This document shows positions 62,344 to 64,000 of a stretch of DNA of 64,000 nt, in pieces. The number at the start of each line of letters is the position of its first letter. Within the stretch, counting starts at the first letter, position 1. Origin of the DNA: a bacterium (GTDB lineage: Bacteria; Bacillota; Clostridia; Oscillospirales; CAG-272). The translations under genes and the position numbers were made by a program. Location of the stretch: positions 7,830 through 71,829 of the forward strand of contig CAVIJF010000001.1 in assembly GCA_963643175.1 (NCBI GenBank). The letters are read 5' to 3'. The notes under the pieces were generated by a model. It was not told where the DNA came from and did not search any database. It saw only the letters and a program-made list of their open reading frames with translations.

Positions 62344-63322
62344 CTGGGTAATCGGATTGGACGGCGGCGGCACCAAGACCGACGGGGTGCTGGTCGGACG
62401 GGACGGGCGCGTACTGGCACGCCGCACCGTCGGCGCATCCAACCCCAACGATGTGGGGGAGCAGGCGTCCGCCGCCCTGATTCTGTCGTTGGCAGAGGCC
62501 CTTGCCGCCGAGGCGGGCATTCCGCTGGCGGACTGCTTCCTGTTCGGAGGCATATCCGGGGCGCTCAACCACCGGGAGGGGCTGACGGCACGTCTGCTTG
62601 CCGCCGACAGGGCGCCGGGCGGGGCGGAGATTGACTCCGACATGGTGAATCTGCTTTCCGCTGAGCTGTCCGACCGGGACGGCGCCTGCATTATCTGCGG
62701 AACGGGGAGTGCCTGCTTTGTGCGCCGGGGGTGTGCGGTGTTCCGTATCGGTGGCTGGGGCTACCTGCTGGACAGCGCCGGGAGCGGCTACGACATCGGC
62801 AGGCAGGCGTTGGAAGCGGTGCTGCGTGCGCACGACGGGCGCGGCTGTCAGACCGCGCTGTCGTCCGCACTTGCCGCCGCGCTGGGCGCCCCGGTGCCCG
62901 ACTCCCTGACGCGCCTGTACGCCGGGGGCAAAACGCTGATTGCGTCGCTGACGCCCGCTGTGTTTGCGGCGGCGCGGGCGGGGGATGCGGTCGCCGCATC
63001 CATCCTTGACCGCAACGCGGCGGCGCTGGCGGAGCTGCTGTGCGCCGCATGGTGCCGGCTGTGCAACGGAACGCCGGAGGACGCCCGCCCGACCGGAATG
63101 CCGGTGTTTTTGGATGGCGGCGTCTGCCGCCACAACCATCCCGCGTGGCGCGATGCCATATCCCGCCATATCCCGCCGGACGTTCCGGCAACCCTGTCGC
63201 TGGCAAGTCGCCCGGTTATCTGGGGCGCGGCGGCGGAGGCTATGCGCCGTGACGGCTGGGCGGCGGATACCGTCCGGCAGGCGGAACCCGCGTTCCTGAC
63301 CGACCCCCATATCTCCAGATGA
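62336..63322 (+). CDS. BadF/BadG/BcrA/BcrD-type ATPase (N-acetylglucosamine-kinase-like)
   Basis: Internal ATG overlapping the upstream stop (ATGCATAA). Motifs GLDGGGTKTDGVL, ICGTGSACF and GGWGYLLDSAGSGYDIG. Confidence 0.8.
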   Translation: MHNWVIGLDGGGTKTDGVLVGRDGRVLARRTVGASNPNDVGEQASAALILSLAEALAAEAGIPLADCFLFGGISGALNHREGLTARLLAADRAPGGAEIDSDMVNLLSAELSDRDGACIICGTGSACFVRRGCAVFRIGGWGYLLDSAGSGYDIGRQALEAVLRAHDGRGCQTALSSALAAALGAPVPDSLTRLYAGGKTLIASLTPAVFAAARAGDAVAASILDRNAAALAELLCAAWCRLCNGTPEDARPTGMPVFLDGGVCRHNHPAWRDAISRHIPPDVPATLSLASRPVIWGAAAEAMRRDGWAADTVRQAEPAFLTDPHISR

Positions 63323-63334
63323 AAGGCTGTTCCC

Positions 63335-64000
63335 ATGAATCATGATATGAATGAAACCGATACCTCCGTACAGACCAGACTGACGCGCCTGTCGGTGTGC
63401 CGCGTCCTGCTGTTCGTTCTCCTGACACAGCTGATCTATACCGTTCTGTACGCCTTTGTCCTCAACCCTCTGTACACGCACTTCGCGTCGGATGTCCTGT
63501 ATCAGAACGCATGGTGGCTGGATCTGATCGGCATTGCCATTGATGCGGCTGATGTCATTCTGTTCATTCTGGTCTACCCGGCGTCCCTGTATGCAATCTG
63601 GCGGGGCGGCTGGCGGCTGGGATACCCGGTACCCCTGCTGTTCTCGGTTCTGACGCTGGTCAAATTTACCCTCAACTACGCGGTGGGTATTTTCATCGAG
63701 TACGGCGGCGTGCCGTCCGGTGATTTCCTTGCGGACGACCTGCCGCTCGTGCTCCCGCTGGCACTGCTGGAACTGCTCCAGTACGGCATTGTGCTGGGGC
63801 TGGCGACCCTGTGGTACCATGTGTACCGGGTGCGGCAGGCGGATGCCGCCGTTCTGGCGGCACTCCGGCAAAGACCGTATGAAGCGCCTGCCGTCCTGCC
63901 CGTGACGCGCCTGTATGACCGGAAGAACCCCGTACAGCGTGCCCTGTTTGACGCGGGGCTGACCGTGGCGGTTCTTGGCGTCCTGCGCCATGTCATCTAT
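63335..64000 (+). CDS. Hypothetical polytopic membrane protein (5' part; runs off the window)
   Basis: Not in the ORF track because there is no stop within the window. The frame stays open from ATG 63335 to the window end (222 codons), with several hydrophobic helices (…VLLFVLLTQLIYTVLYAFVL…, …VILFILVYPASLYAIW…). Confidence 0.55.
   Translation, partial: MNHDMNETDTSVQTRLTRLSVCRVLLFVLLTQLIYTVLYAFVLNPLYTHFASDVLYQNAWWLDLIGIAIDAADVILFILVYPASLYAIWRGGWRLGYPVPLLFSVLTLVKFTLNYAVGIFIEYGGVPSGDFLADDLPLVLPLALLELLQYGIVLGLATLWYHVYRVRQADAAVLAALRQRPYEAPAVLPVTRLYDRKNPVQRALFDAGLTVAVLGVLRHVIY

Noticed and set aside
1-64000. Search for CRISPR arrays, tRNA/rRNA genes, IS elements, integrases, restriction-modification or other recognisable defence systems, and long direct or inverted repeats.
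   Set aside because: I found none by eye. There are no regularly spaced repeats, no transposase, recombinase, reverse-transcriptase or nuclease signatures, and no tRNA-like TTCGA/acceptor patterns. The window looks like conserved chromosomal backbone. A computational repeat and tRNA scan would be needed to be certain.

Overview
High-GC (about 60-65% in coding regions) chromosomal core segment of a Firmicutes/Clostridia-type anaerobe. The clues are Bacillus-like miaB-ymcA-mutS-mutL synteny, type II pantothenate kinase, YfhO, DUF951 and an electron-bifurcating [FeFe] hydrogenase. Gene content suggests a gut Oscillospiraceae-like organism, but I cannot prove that from sequence alone. I support about 53 CDS. 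Most start calls were moved from the ORF-track start to the first start codon with a GGAG-type RBS. No rRNA, tRNA, CRISPR array, transposase, integrase or phage gene is visible. Content: housekeeping genes (alaS, rimO, pgsA, miaB, mutS, mutL, tgt, cobB, greA, ruvA, ruvB); scattered glycan and peptide degradation genes (a 1560-aa GH78 rhamnosidase lipoprotein, a GH20 hexosaminidase, M3 and M16 peptidases); and a 10-gene hydrogenase operon (29690-38078). In that operon a HydS-like sensory hydrogenase, two DRTGG proteins, two GHKL ATPases and a PHP phosphatase sit between hydC and hydB/hydA. A clear lysine riboswitch with its own promoter and terminator precedes an NhaC-family transporter on the minus strand. 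Most intergenic regions carry near-consensus TTGACA-17-TATAAT promoters, usually with a TG extension, and convergent gene pairs are separated by strong hairpins. The items most worth follow-up are: the regulatory module inside the hydrogenase operon; an unusual TSCSP signature in HydA; a stand-alone XRE regulator whose palindromic operator contains two face-to-face -10 boxes upstream of greA; two unexplained structured or low-GC intergenic regions (4662-5134, 60634-61019); a two-P-loop-plus-membrane-protein operon; and two lipoproteins that share an unassigned domain. All functional calls come from my own reading of motifs. No database search was run.
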